A stretch of 49,786 nucleotides of DNA, from assembly GCA_002269645.1 (NCBI GenBank), contig NIVC01003060.1, positions 1 to 49,786 on the forward strand. The letters run 5' to 3'. The notes under the pieces are model-generated. The model worked only from the letters and a program-made list of their open reading frames with translations, had not been told where the DNA came from and did no database searches. Below are positions 1 through 10,562 of this stretch, in pieces. The stretch comes from Macrostomum lignano. Its lineage: Eukaryota. The translations under genes were made by a program, and so were the position numbers. Numbering within the stretch: position 1 is the stretch's first letter; the number at the start of each line of letters is the position of its first letter.

Positions 1-331
1 TTAGTAGCAGGCGAATAGTAGCAAACTTTTTTACAAGTGTCACGGCTCTGCATTGATTTCTTAACAAATGTACCTCTCAAAAACTGTTTTCGCAGAATTT
101 CTTTTAATTTTCTTCTGTTGTATTTTTCATGGTGAGTAATGCAAGTTTATTTCACTAACAAATTTAAATATATAGATATTAACATATTTTCTTATCTGCG
201 TATTAATATATTTTATTGTACAAACATTTTCTTTATTTTAATTCTAGCCAGATTATAGTAATTTGTATTTTGAGGTTCTGCTTGTTCTAATTTATTTTTG
301 ATTAGCAAATAATTTGATCAAATTAACAAAT

Positions 332-1838
332 GGGCATTTCCGCCAATTAGGCACTATCGGAAAATTACACTTCAACAAACAGAAAATGATGAATTGTAGC
401 TTAAGCCAGCTAATTGAAGTCAAACAAGGACTTAAACTGTAAAATACAACCACTTTTGCTCAATTTAAAGCTATTTAAAGATTGTTAATCGCAAAATTAA
501 TGTTGAATAAACCATTTTAAACTTACGTAGACGCCACTTTTTTGGATGTCCAAACACACAATTTTTAACTTCAACATTGAATAAAAGAGCGAAAAAAAAC
601 ATTCTTGATAGTTATTCTCTTTGTTTCATAAAAAAACACATTAAACTTTGTTAAAATCATTCCTTTTCGTCACAACACCTGCAAGAAGTCATTGATTTTT
701 GTCAGTTTTCTTGCTATACCAAAAATTATAAACGGTAAGTTTTTGTATCGTTTGTACTCATGTTGTACCCTCTCATTTACTCATAAGGCTTTCAATCTAC
801 ATGTTTTTTAGCTTAAATGAAGGAAAACATCTTTGCGATGATGTATCAGTATATTTTTTAGCAATAGAATTTGCTTAATACATTTTTCTAAGACATTAAT
901 TTTTTTTCGATGTGACATCTTAACCACAAGATTGTACTCATGTTGTACCCAATAATTTTTTTTAGTGCTTTTCATTAGCTGAAAACGATATATTTATGGA
1001 TTGCCGACATACAGAGCTTCACAAAAAGTGGTCTGCTGAACCTTAATCTATCAAAATACCTTAAATATTAACATTTAAATGTAGTAAGCACACTACTTAC
1101 ACGAGATGTATTTTCATGTTGTACCCTTTATTTTATTTTTCGCTAGTTTTTTTCTCAAAATCAGTCTTACAAGACTATCATTAAGTATAAAAGCTGGAAA
1201 ATAAAACAGTTTCACATTAATTTCTTGTTTATTTATCAATAAAAATGTAATTTACATTTTGCACTATAGTATGTAGATATTAATTTACATAGTACTAAAT
1301 CAATTTTCCCCACATTTACTTGTAATATTGCTTCAGAAAAACTTTCTCTAGATTGTGGAAGCATATGCATTTCTTGCTGCTTGCAAAGTTGCACTGGAAC
1401 TTCTGAATAATTACGGTGATCGGCTAGTTACTGAAAAGTAAAATTAGAGATTTACGTTCGGTATATCGTGCAGAAAAAAACATTTTGACAAAGTTAAAAA
1501 ATATCGTATGAACTTATGCGCAAAAATAACAAAATCTGAATTAAAAAGTTGATTAAAAGCATTAAGAAACAATTAAAAAATTATTGACTGAAAGAAAGTT
1601 AATTATAATCAAGCAATTACGCCTCAATATAAAATTTTATGCTCCTACGGTATTAATCGTCTTCTTAGATCAGTATAACTTTTATGGCAACTTTTATTGT
1701 TACCAGAAAATTTCTTGTGCTTTTACAAGATAAAAAAAAATTTAATAACAAATTCTAGTTAGATTTCCTGTTTTCAACTTTTTTCTTCTTCTTTGCACAC
1801 TCGGACACAATTTGTGTCCCTATTTGGCGGAAATGCCC
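332..1838. mobile_element. Non-autonomous TIR DNA transposon, possibly Sola-like
   Basis: Left end GGGCATTTCCGCCAATTAGG (332-351) is the near-perfect inverted copy of the right end CCTATTTGGCGGAAATGCCC (1819-1838). Both ends are flanked by AAAT (328-331, 1839-1842), a candidate 4-bp TSD. No long ORF inside. The superfamily guess rests only on G-rich termini plus an AWWT-type TSD. Confidence 0.65.
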
Positions 1839-1850
1839 AAATGTATGACA

Positions 1851-2491
1851 AGTTATTCTAATTTTTTGCCTTCAAACTATTTTGCTATGGACATTTTGCC
1901 CTCAGACCATTTTGCCCATAGTCTGTTTTGCCCATAAACCAGTTTGGTTATAGGCATTTCAGCTGAAATGGTATTATATAATTTAGCAATATAGCTATAT
2001 ATGTATCTTTAGTTCTGTCTTTATAATGCTAATTTTTAATTTTATTATGTAATAAAATATGAATTATTGCTATAAACACAACCTTATAATTGTGTTACTA
2101 CAATTGTATTTATTACAATTGTTGTGTATTATTATAATTTTTTTCTAAGATTGTCATTCCTTTCAAAAGTGCAATAAGCCATTTTAATCAAAGGATAAAA
2201 AAGGTTTTGGTTATAAGCACTATAAAACCAAGAATGCTAAAAGAATAAAATATATAATTAATATAATATATTATAAATATGAATAGTATTAAAAAATTTA
2301 TCAACTTTCTCCAAGTTTGGGTATTTATTACCATTTTCCTTGTAATCCTTGGCCAAACTAATCCAGTTAGCTTAGTAGAAGCAAAATGATCCATGGCCAA
2401 AATGGTCTATAGGCAAAATAGTATATATGAAATAGTCTAGGGCAAAATGTCCATAGCTGAAATGGTTTATGGGCAAAATGACTAGTTAACT
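1851..2491. mobile_element. Foldback/MITE-like element with subrepeated inverted arms
   Basis: Arms ~1851-1970 and ~2375-2491 are inverted and built from ~20-bp GGCAAAATG-type subunits. For example GCTATGGACATTTTGCCC (1884-1901) is the reverse complement of 2440-2457. The core is AT-rich and no TSD was recognised. Confidence 0.5.
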
Positions 2492-3002
2492 ATTCAGTTG
2501 TATCATTCGACAAGAAGGTCTCATGATAGTTGTTTTTCATCATCAAACAACTGTCAACATTGTTTATGTCTCTACTATGTGTTTGGTTGTTTTAGAATTC
2601 ATAAGCAGCTATATAAAAATATAAAACTAGAAGTTTGACATAGCCTGCCTTTTGCAGCTTTGTTTTATCTATTATGGCTTAAATGTTACAAGTGCTTAAA
2701 GTTCAAAAACATGATAGGACCCTCTCATGGAATGACCCAGTTGGTTACCTAATAATAAACATTGTTGACATATTTGTACTTAAACAAAAACCTATTAATA
2801 CTAGTTTCTTAGCTATATTGAGAATATGAGAAGAGCTATAGCAATTCTGATAGTATGAAGTATAATAAGAAAGATAGCTAATAGGAGATAAGCAAAACTT
2901 GGAGTCAATTTGTATTAAAAGTCTGCTAATATCTACATTGAACATTTATCAATAGAGTGTCTTTATGACTATAGTCAAGAAGATAGTCTTTTTCATGGAA
3001 AA

Positions 3003-3307
3003 TATATACTTATAAAAATGAAAACTCTGTCTGTGCATCTATCTATGTACAATTTTGATTGCTATAGACTCCCAAAACCACTCAACCAAATTACACCAAA
3101 TTTTGCACCTACCCTAAACTCAATATTTAGACCCTAAAGCTTTAAGGCTCTATAAACCCTAAGGCTCTATATTTAGGAAGGTGTCACATGTGCATGGGAA
3201 TATACTTAGAGCATAGTAGCATTAAAAAATGCTACATTATAGAATAATAATTTAAACAAAAGTTAAAATAATAAATCAATACTTGCAGCTTTTAAATGCT
3301 TTTCTAG
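3003..3307 (+). mobile_element. Possible decayed non-autonomous Helitron-like fragment
   Basis: Starts TATACTTATAAAAATGAAAACTCTGTCTGT...AAAACCACTCAACCAAATTACACCAAATTTTGCAC, resembling the 5' part of short animal Helitron-type repeats, and has CTAGT at 3303-3307. Recognised by eye only; the 3' hairpin is not convincing. Confidence 0.3.
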
Positions 3308-3440
3308 TAAAAACTCTTTGTTTTATTTTTGCTTACATTTAAAATATTCAAATCAAAATCAGTTAAAACTATACAAAGAAGTACTATTTTTATTTTAAAT
3401 ATTCATTTTTATTTATCCAAATGTTATTAATTGGCACATA

Positions 3441-4760
3441 CGAGGGCTGCTTAATAAGTTCGCGGAAAAACATACTTATAGTTATCGCACAGTCGTGAAA
3501 TTTTACACACACTTAGCCCAACCTAATGGCACTTCTCAACATAGTCCCCAGCCAGATCAATGCATTTCTTCATCCGATGAAACCACGCCGCAAAGCAGTC
3601 CCTCAATTCCGCCTTTGTGACGGCTTCCAGCTCCGCATTCAACGCCTGTTCCAGCTCCTCACGAGTGTCGAAGCGCTTCCCCTTCAGATTTTTCTTGATC
3701 TTCGGAAAGAGAAAGAAGTCTGCAGGCGCGAGGTCGGGCGAGTAGGCCGGATGCGGCAGCAGAGTCAGCTCAGTTGATGCCAAGAACTGCTGCGTGACAC
3801 TGGCTCTGTGAGCGGGCGCGTTGTTGTGGTGCAGGAAAATGCCGCGATCTCTGGTCTTTGGCCGCTCTCGACGCAGGAATTCCAGCACCTGCGGCAGGCA
3901 GACACTGGAGTACCAGCTGCCAGTCACTGTGGCTCCCTCCTCGAGCAGAACAGGCGGCAGAATTCCGCACCGACGGAAAAACACCGCAGCCATCACTTTG
4001 CCGACGCTTCGCTCGCGATGAAATTTCAAGGGCGAATCCTCCTCAAAGGCGACCCACTGCTTGCTCTGTACTTTTGTCTCGGGATCATAAAAGTACACCC
4101 ACGTTTCATCACCTGTGAGGATGCCGTCCACCAAATTTGAGGCGCCTGCGTCGAACTTGTCGAGCATGAAGTTCGCAAAATCCACGCGGGCCTGCATCTG
4201 AGCCGGCTTCAGTTGATGAGGGACCCAGCGAGCTGACACCTTCCTCATGCCGAGGTGATCGTGCAAGATAGTAATGATGCTTGAATCCGAAATCCCGACA
4301 TGTTTTTTGATTTCCCGAATCGTCACTCGGCGGTCTGCATCGAGCAGCTTTTGGACACTGGCCACAGTCGTGTCCGAGATGGACGAATTTGGATGGCCTT
4401 CACGTTCATCATCGTCCAGCTCCATACAGCCGGAGCGGAATCGACCGAACCACTTGTACACCATCGTCTGGGATGGGGCTTCACTCTCAAGGGCCTTTTG
4501 AAGCGTCTGCAAGCATTCGGAGGCAGACAGGCCAAGCCAGAATTGGACCAGAATTGCGACTCGCCTGTCGCGCTCAGTCAGGCGCAGCACTGGAGCGGGG
4601 GTTTCATCACTTCTTCGGCCACTGCGTCGCAACATTTTGGCCAAACTGGCTGAAAAATTGTGTGTAAGATGCCAATATCTGAAGAAAAAAGTTCATAAAA
4701 TTTCGTTTGATTCGCTTGAAGATAAGTTTGGTTTTCCGCGAACTTATTAAGCAGCCCTCG
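3441..4760 (-). mobile_element. Full-length mariner (Tc1/mariner, DD34D class) transposon, 1320 bp
   Basis: Perfect 29-bp TIRs CGAGGGCTGCTTAATAAGTTCGCGGAAAA (3441-3469 and inverted 4732-4760), extending imperfectly to ~39 bp. TA target duplication at 3439-3440 and 4761-4762. Single transposase ORF inside. Confidence 0.97.
3523..4635 (-). CDS. Mariner transposase, 370 aa from the ATG at 4635, second catalytic Asp replaced by Asn
   Basis: N-terminal HTH region, WVPHQL linker motif, TGDETW (D1), HHNNAPAH (normally HHDNA, D2), YSPDLAPAD (D3) with 34-residue spacing. ORF uninterrupted. Confidence 0.95.
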   Translation of the reverse strand: MLRRSGRRSDETPAPVLRLTERDRRVAILVQFWLGLSASECLQTLQKALESEAPSQTMVYKWFGRFRSGCMELDDDEREGHPNSSISDTTVASVQKLLDADRRVTIREIKKHVGISDSSIITILHDHLGMRKVSARWVPHQLKPAQMQARVDFANFMLDKFDAGASNLVDGILTGDETWVYFYDPETKVQSKQWVAFEEDSPLKFHRERSVGKVMAAVFFRRCGILPPVLLEEGATVTGSWYSSVCLPQVLEFLRRERPKTRDRGIFLHHNNAPAHRASVTQQFLASTELTLLPHPAYSPDLAPADFFLFPKIKKNLKGKRFDTREELEQALNAELEAVTKAELRDCFAAWFHRMKKCIDLAGDYVEKCH

Positions 4761-5527
4761 TATATCAATTAAATCAAAAAACACATTTTATGCATACACA
4801 TGTAGATGACATGTTTTAGGTAATTCATTGTGAGCTAAAAGTTTTTTTTAGCATTTGCTATGTATTACTATGTGCTAAAATTTCTGTTATGCTTTTGCTA
4901 TGCCCCATATGTATTAATTAGTGCATAACTATTGTTTGTACACTCTAATTTTTTGCCATTAAAAATATCTTCCTGAGCATGGAACAAACTATAAAAAACA
5001 TTTAAATGCTAAGTGCATTGAAAATTTAAATAATTTATGAAGAATAAAAAAGATGCTTTCGTCTTTTTAATTATCATTTGACTGTCTTTCTTAGAATTTT
5101 AGATTTAAAATATTGCTTTAAATTTGATTTATATAAAAAGTTCAGAATAAAACTATATGCTAGTTGTTTATAGTTTTTTATTCAAAACCTTTGTCTAGTT
5201 TCTCAGGCCCATAACAAATATCATAGCCTGGATTTCAAATAGAAGGCTGTCTTATTTTTCCCTCCAACTCTAAATAGTAACTACATAGACTTTAATCATG
5301 GCCTTAATCTTAATCTTGATCCTTGTTGCCTATATTAAAGTCCTTCAACCTAGATAATCCCAAACTTACTTCATTTGTCTCTAACAAGGTGAACTTCTTT
5401 GCTCTGTGTTCTCAGTACTATACAATATACTACAAGTACCATTGCTAACGATATTCAATGCTCTAAAGTTTACTTAGAGCCAAAGCCCTGTACTCACGTG
5501 GCCGCCATCGCTCCACTTAAACCTCAG

Positions 5528-6163
5528 CCGACGCCATCAAGTGCTACGAATGCCGCAACATTGAGGGCAATGGCGACGCCTGCGTCCGGCTGAGCACCCC
5601 CTGCACCCCGGATGAGGACGCCTGCATCTCGCACGTGCACTACACAACCCCTACCAGCTACTGGACACCGCTGGCCGAGCGGAAGCACTACATCAGCAAG
5701 GGCTGCGTCAGCTATTCCGCCTGCATCAAGCAGCGGGACATCACCCAGCGGTCCTGCACCTACGACTGGTTCACCGACTGGAGCTGCGTAGAGTGCTGTC
5801 GGGGTGACCTCTGCAACTACTATGTCACGGTGAGGGGCTGGGCTACGCATTTCAGTGCGCTAGTAGTTACTGCAGTGAATGCGTGAACATCAGCAGTGAA
5901 TGTGTAAACACCAGTAGTGAATGCGTGAACACAAGTAGTGAATGCGTGAACACCAGTAGTGAATGCGTGAACACCAGTAGTGAATGCGTGAACATCAATA
6001 GTGAATGCGTGAACATCAGTCGGGATTGAGTAGCAGATTTATGAATTATTCAATCCGCTCTCCATCGCAGCTCTCTGGCCAATCGGTCGGGCCCGCCTTC
6101 AGCCGAGTGGCGCTGCTGACCGCGGCGAGCTGCCTGCTGCGCCTCTTTGCGTCGGGAATTTGA
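5528..6163 (+). CDS. cold: Ly6/uPAR three-finger GPI-anchored protein, coiled-like; exons 5528-5829 and 6071-6163, signal-peptide exon not found in window
   Basis: Exon 5528-5829 (AG/GT bounded) encodes the 10-Cys domain IKCYEC...HYISKGC...CTYDWFTDWSCVECCRGDLCNYYVT, recalled as closely similar to Drosophila Coiled. Exon 6071-6163 encodes LSGQSVGPAFSRVALLTAASCLLRLFASGI-stop, a GPI-signal-like hydrophobic tail, and the phases match. The Ly6 call is firm; the orthology call is from memory. Confidence 0.85.
5873..6020. repeat. 21-bp minisatellite (CAGTAGTGAATGCGTGAACAC) in the Ly6 gene intron
   Basis: About 6-7 tandem copies between the two Ly6 exons. Confidence 0.9.
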
Positions 6164-6530
6164 CTGCCGGGCAGCCAGCCTTAGCTTGGAACAACTCTGC
6201 TTTTTTATAAATTGCTGCTTCTTGACTGCCTTCTCTTTACATCCTCAGCATCCGCTAGCGCTGATGCTGTGCTCTGCGCGACTTCTGTTCGTTCGATCGC
6301 GATTCTTTTCTTATAATCAGTTGATTGGAATCCTACATGTCTTACTAGCAAATACACTACTGAGGCTGTAAGTAGTATGCATCTAAAATTTGATATATCC
6401 ATTCCGTGTATATATCTGTATTTCCCATTTTAACCTCTATATGTGCATGTTGGCTGTGTGCTAAGCCATATTATGCTTTTTAATAATAATTTTATCTATA
6501 GACATTCCGATTTCAATTTCTACTACGAGT

Positions 6531-6655
6531 AAATAAATCTGTTTGAGACAATAGGTTTATCAGCTTTGGTTCAGTACCCGACTGATTGTTACGTTGTAAT
6601 CAAAATATGCTTTTACCTAATGCTTTATTAACTTGATGTGTTCAGAATAAATAAA
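6531..6655 (+). terminator. Candidate polyadenylation signals of the Ly6 gene
   Basis: AATAAA at ~6532 and ~6646 after an AT-rich 3' UTR. Confidence 0.45.
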
Positions 6656-6783
6656 TCATTGCAACTTAGTCCAACACAGATCATCCTCCAGAGTGGCACC
6701 ATCACTCTCTGCTGCATGATCGCTAGAAGCATCTCGTGGTGGAATCGGGAAGAGTGACAACTCTGGGCTTGTGAAATTTATTT

Positions 6784-7303
6784 AGGTCACTGCTGCTCAC
6801 TGACTTAGTGCTGAGGTCACTGCTGCTCACTGATTTAGTGCTGAGGTCACTGCTGCTCACTGATTTAGTGCTGAGGTCACTGCTGCTCACTGATTTAGTG
6901 CTGAGGTCACTGCTGCTCACTGATTTAGTGCTGAGGTCACTGCTGCTCACTGGTTTAGTGCTGAGGTCACTGCTGCTCACTGATTTAGTGCTGAGGTCAC
7001 TGCTGCTCACTGATTAGTGCTGAGGTCACTGCTGCTCACTGATTTAGTGCTGAGGTCACTGCTGCTCACTGATTTAGTACTGAGGTCACTGCTGCTCACT
7101 GATTTAGTGCTGAGGTCACTGCTGCTCACTGATTTAGTGCTGAGGTCACTGCTGCTCACTGATTTAGTGCTGAGGTCACTGCTGCTCACTGACTTGGTGC
7201 TGAGGTCACTGCTGCTCACTGATTTAGTACTGAGGTCACTGCTGCTCATACTGATTTAGTGCTGAGGTCACTGCTGCTCATACTGATTTAGTGCTGAGGT
7301 CAC
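6784..7303. repeat. 30-bp minisatellite (CTGAGGTCACTGCTGCTCACTGATTTAGTG)
   Basis: About 17 near-identical tandem copies. Confidence 0.95.
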
Positions 7304-10300
7304 GGCTGTTCAAGTGTCTCAGTGGACCTCCGAAACCTCATTCATGACATATGTGCAGTTCTGCACACTACTGTCAGTACTGTATTGTGAGCATGTTTAG
7401 CGACTTTTATAATGCTGAGAAAAACAAATGCAGCCATCAGCTGTCAACGCAGCTCGCTGAGTCTTGGAGCAGGAAAAGCTTTTCACGGCAGGGCAGCGGA
7501 AACAGACAGGCGGCCTTGGAGACCGGGTGGGGGCCTTTTTCTGGCGCTGCTCCTTCGAGCGCTTTTTTAAATGAAATCTTTCAAATTAATTGGCAGCGCT
7601 GCTGCAACGGCGCCTGTCACGTCAACTTGGGCCTGTCAGCTGTCTGCCGCGATTTTTCTCCTGCAGTTTCTCTTCTAGGAGAAGCAATTATTGCGACGGT
7701 CCTGATGGGTTTTTAATCTGTCTGGAATTTAATTTGAAACCCCTAAAGCAGCTCAGCAAAAAACTGAGCAACGAGGACAGCCCGGCAATGAGCTGCCGCC
7801 CCTACGAGCGCCTGTCTGAGCAGTGCGTGTCTCCAGTGCCGCGCATTCGCCTGGCTGCAGACTTGCCGGCGCGGCACCGGCAGCAGCACGCGCTGTTTTA
7901 CAGCGTCAGGTGCCGCGCCTTCCACTCCGATTCTCCCATGGCTGCCGGCAATGAGGAGGAGGCGGGCGGCCGCTGAGCTGCCCTGAGGCCGCGCTGTCAC
8001 CCCGCGGCGCACGCAAGGCGGCTCGCCGTGTCTCATCAGCTGCGCTTCTCGTTTCTGCTTCTGCGACTGCCGCCGCCGCCGCCGCGCAGCCGCCCCCCCC
8101 CAACCCCGCCAGCTCAGACGCGGTGCGGTGCGGGCACCGCTGCATGGCAGACAGGGGGGGGGGGCGCAGTGTTGGAAGCTTGTCAATCGGCGCCACTTTC
8201 TCACCTGCGTCAATGCTGCTTATCACGGCTGGCTGCCGCCACCTCTCTCTCACTCGCTGTGGTCACCAGGCGGGCTGTTGTATGCCCAGTTCAAAAGCCC
8301 CAACCCCCCCCCCCGCTAAAGCTGAATGAATGAGAGACTTTGCCACTAGACTGGCATTGCACTGCCTCCCCTCGCTGCACTCACCCTCCCCCCCCCCCGA
8401 CTCAAGCCAGGGCGATTTCTGGCGCGACTGGCGCCGTCTGTGACGGCGGCGGCGGCTTGGGGTGCCGGGTTGCTTTATGCTATGAGTGAGACGGCTGTGA
8501 GAAGTGACAGAGGACACGCAGAGTTTTCATGTCCGCCACCGTGTTAACTCCCTCCCTTCTCCCCTCCCCCTAATTCTCGCCCATTGCCAGTCCGCACCAA
8601 CGGCTTCTGTGTGAGACTGCCGGGACCGACGCTGCCGCCGCTCAGACAGCGCCGGCGCCGGCACCCGCCCTCCTGTCCGACCGCTCTCTCCGTATCTCCT
8701 GCGACATGCTGAGCGCTGCAGTTGGCCTCATATCACTGAGCCCTCCCGTGCTGGAGTAAGGCTTCAAGTGTGAATTGATTCGGATAGCGCTGCACTGGCG
8801 TTTACCTGTTGACACCTGCGTTCAAACTAAATAATGGGGTGGGCAGGGGTCGCGGCCAGTTTTTGTTGTTATCAGGTGTTTGACAAGAGATTGCGCAACC
8901 CGAATTACAGGTGCTAATTCTGATATGCATGGGGCTTGACTTGTGTTAACACATGCGAGCACTGAGAGAGCAGGGCCTGCATGGTTCAACAAGTAGCTCA
9001 GAGATCATGCGGCCCCGGCTCTCCGCGAGCACGGTGCAATTCAAGCGAGTCGGTCTCGGCGCCGGGGGTTGCCGAGTTGTTAGCGCAATCATTATCAGAT
9101 TAGCCTGTTGTCGGGTCGGGCGGCATTTATCGCCCCGCGGAGGATCAACAATGCGACCCTGCTGAGCTCCCATGCACCTGAGCAGTTTATGCCTGCCTGG
9201 ATCAGTGGTGCAATCTTGTCTCCACGGCTTTTGAGTCTGCCAGGCCGCCTGCCTACCATAAAATCGCGGCTTACTGCTTTGGAATCCCCAATCCTTACTT
9301 TTTGGGCGGATCTCTGACAGCCAATCTGAGCAACTGAGCCCTCCTGCTCCATTTGAGTAATATCGGGGCAGTAAAAAGCTGCAGGGTGGCGATTGCCCTT
9401 CCAAGCAAAGTCTTTTTAAACCTGCCGGTTTTCAGGCGTCTTCTTTGTGTGCGATTTCTGCCCCCGGTTATTCTTGCTGGCCACGTGTTCAAACAGAGGG
9501 GATTGAGAGAATAGACCGAGCAAATTTCTCTGTTTAAATGCCTGCAGTTGAAATTGCAGCTCAGAGTCGCAGCGATAAGATCTCTGGCGGGTTTACTGCA
9601 GCAATTTTGTTATTATAGATATTGTCAGCGAGCTGGCCATTACACCTTGCCATGCCATCGTGAGTGCTGTGGATGAATGAGGCTCGGAGGCTGGGAGGGG
9701 GCGAGTCGGCGCCAGGTCGCGCCGGGCCGCCAGAGCGAGGCTGCCACAGAAGGCAGGCGGGGGCCCCTCAATCATCGCCCTGGCCCGGTGCCGCAGTGTC
9801 TGACAAGCTGTAAAACACGCGGGTTTACACGTTCGATTCGGTGCGGTCTGCGGCCCCTCCTTCATCAACGAAACGGCCGCGAGCCTCCCCCCGCCGCTCC
9901 TGCGGCACTGTGGGACCGGGGGGGCCGGTGCAGCCTGCTCTGCCGCCAAAATTTATTTTGTGCGACCCGGCCGCGCGACTGTCTGGCCGCAGGGGTCAAA
10001 TTTGAGCTGCTTTGCTTTGCCAGTCTTTGAGACTGAGGCGCCTGACAAGTGCTCTTGTCGGACTCAAGTGGATAAGAATAGAAGAAGAATTGTAGTCTCA
10101 GCCGTGAGAGAGATAGAGGGGAGGGGAGACAAGCGCTATGATGTTGGCATTACACTGACACTTTTATGATCTGGTAGCTGTGAGCAGCTCAAAGCAGTGG
10201 CCTGCACCGCTGCCTGCTCTGTGTGGCCTGCACCCCCCCCCCCAATGCCCCTCTTGTCTTGGCAGCCAAATTGGCGCCTTTCGGGTGAGACGGTGAGGTG

Positions 10301-10562
10301 AGCTGGAGGGGGTGGTGGGTCCTGACTTGAGTAGGGCTCGCTCTGAGCAGAGCAGCAGCAGCAGCGGTAGGCGGACCAATGAGGGCGCCCGGCCCAGCCC
10401 AGCCAATCCGGCTGCAGCTCGGGGGTGGCGGGCCCAGCTGAGCGGCCAGATTGGAGCGGCAGGCCGGGCCCGGAGACACAAATATGAGGCGCCTCCCAGA
10501 TAATTCGGGCCGAGTCAAGCATCCAAACAATTGTCAGGTTCGGCCCCGCTCAGCAAAGCCAA

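Noticed and set aside
752-1126. CRISPR-like repeat-spacer pattern
   Set aside because: Only three copies with ~160-bp spacers, eukaryotic context and no cas genes. Kept only as a transposon-internal motif.
1-5490. Mitochondrial insertion (NUMT) or endosymbiont DNA as the source of the AT-rich block
   Set aside because: No recognisable mitochondrial or bacterial genes, rRNA or tRNA. The visible structure is eukaryotic transposon termini.
8400-10500. GGCGCC Smad1/Mad-type BMP response elements upstream of Tbx2/3
   Set aside because: GGCGCC is common at this GC content, and I found no correctly spaced GRCGNC-N5-GTCT composite.
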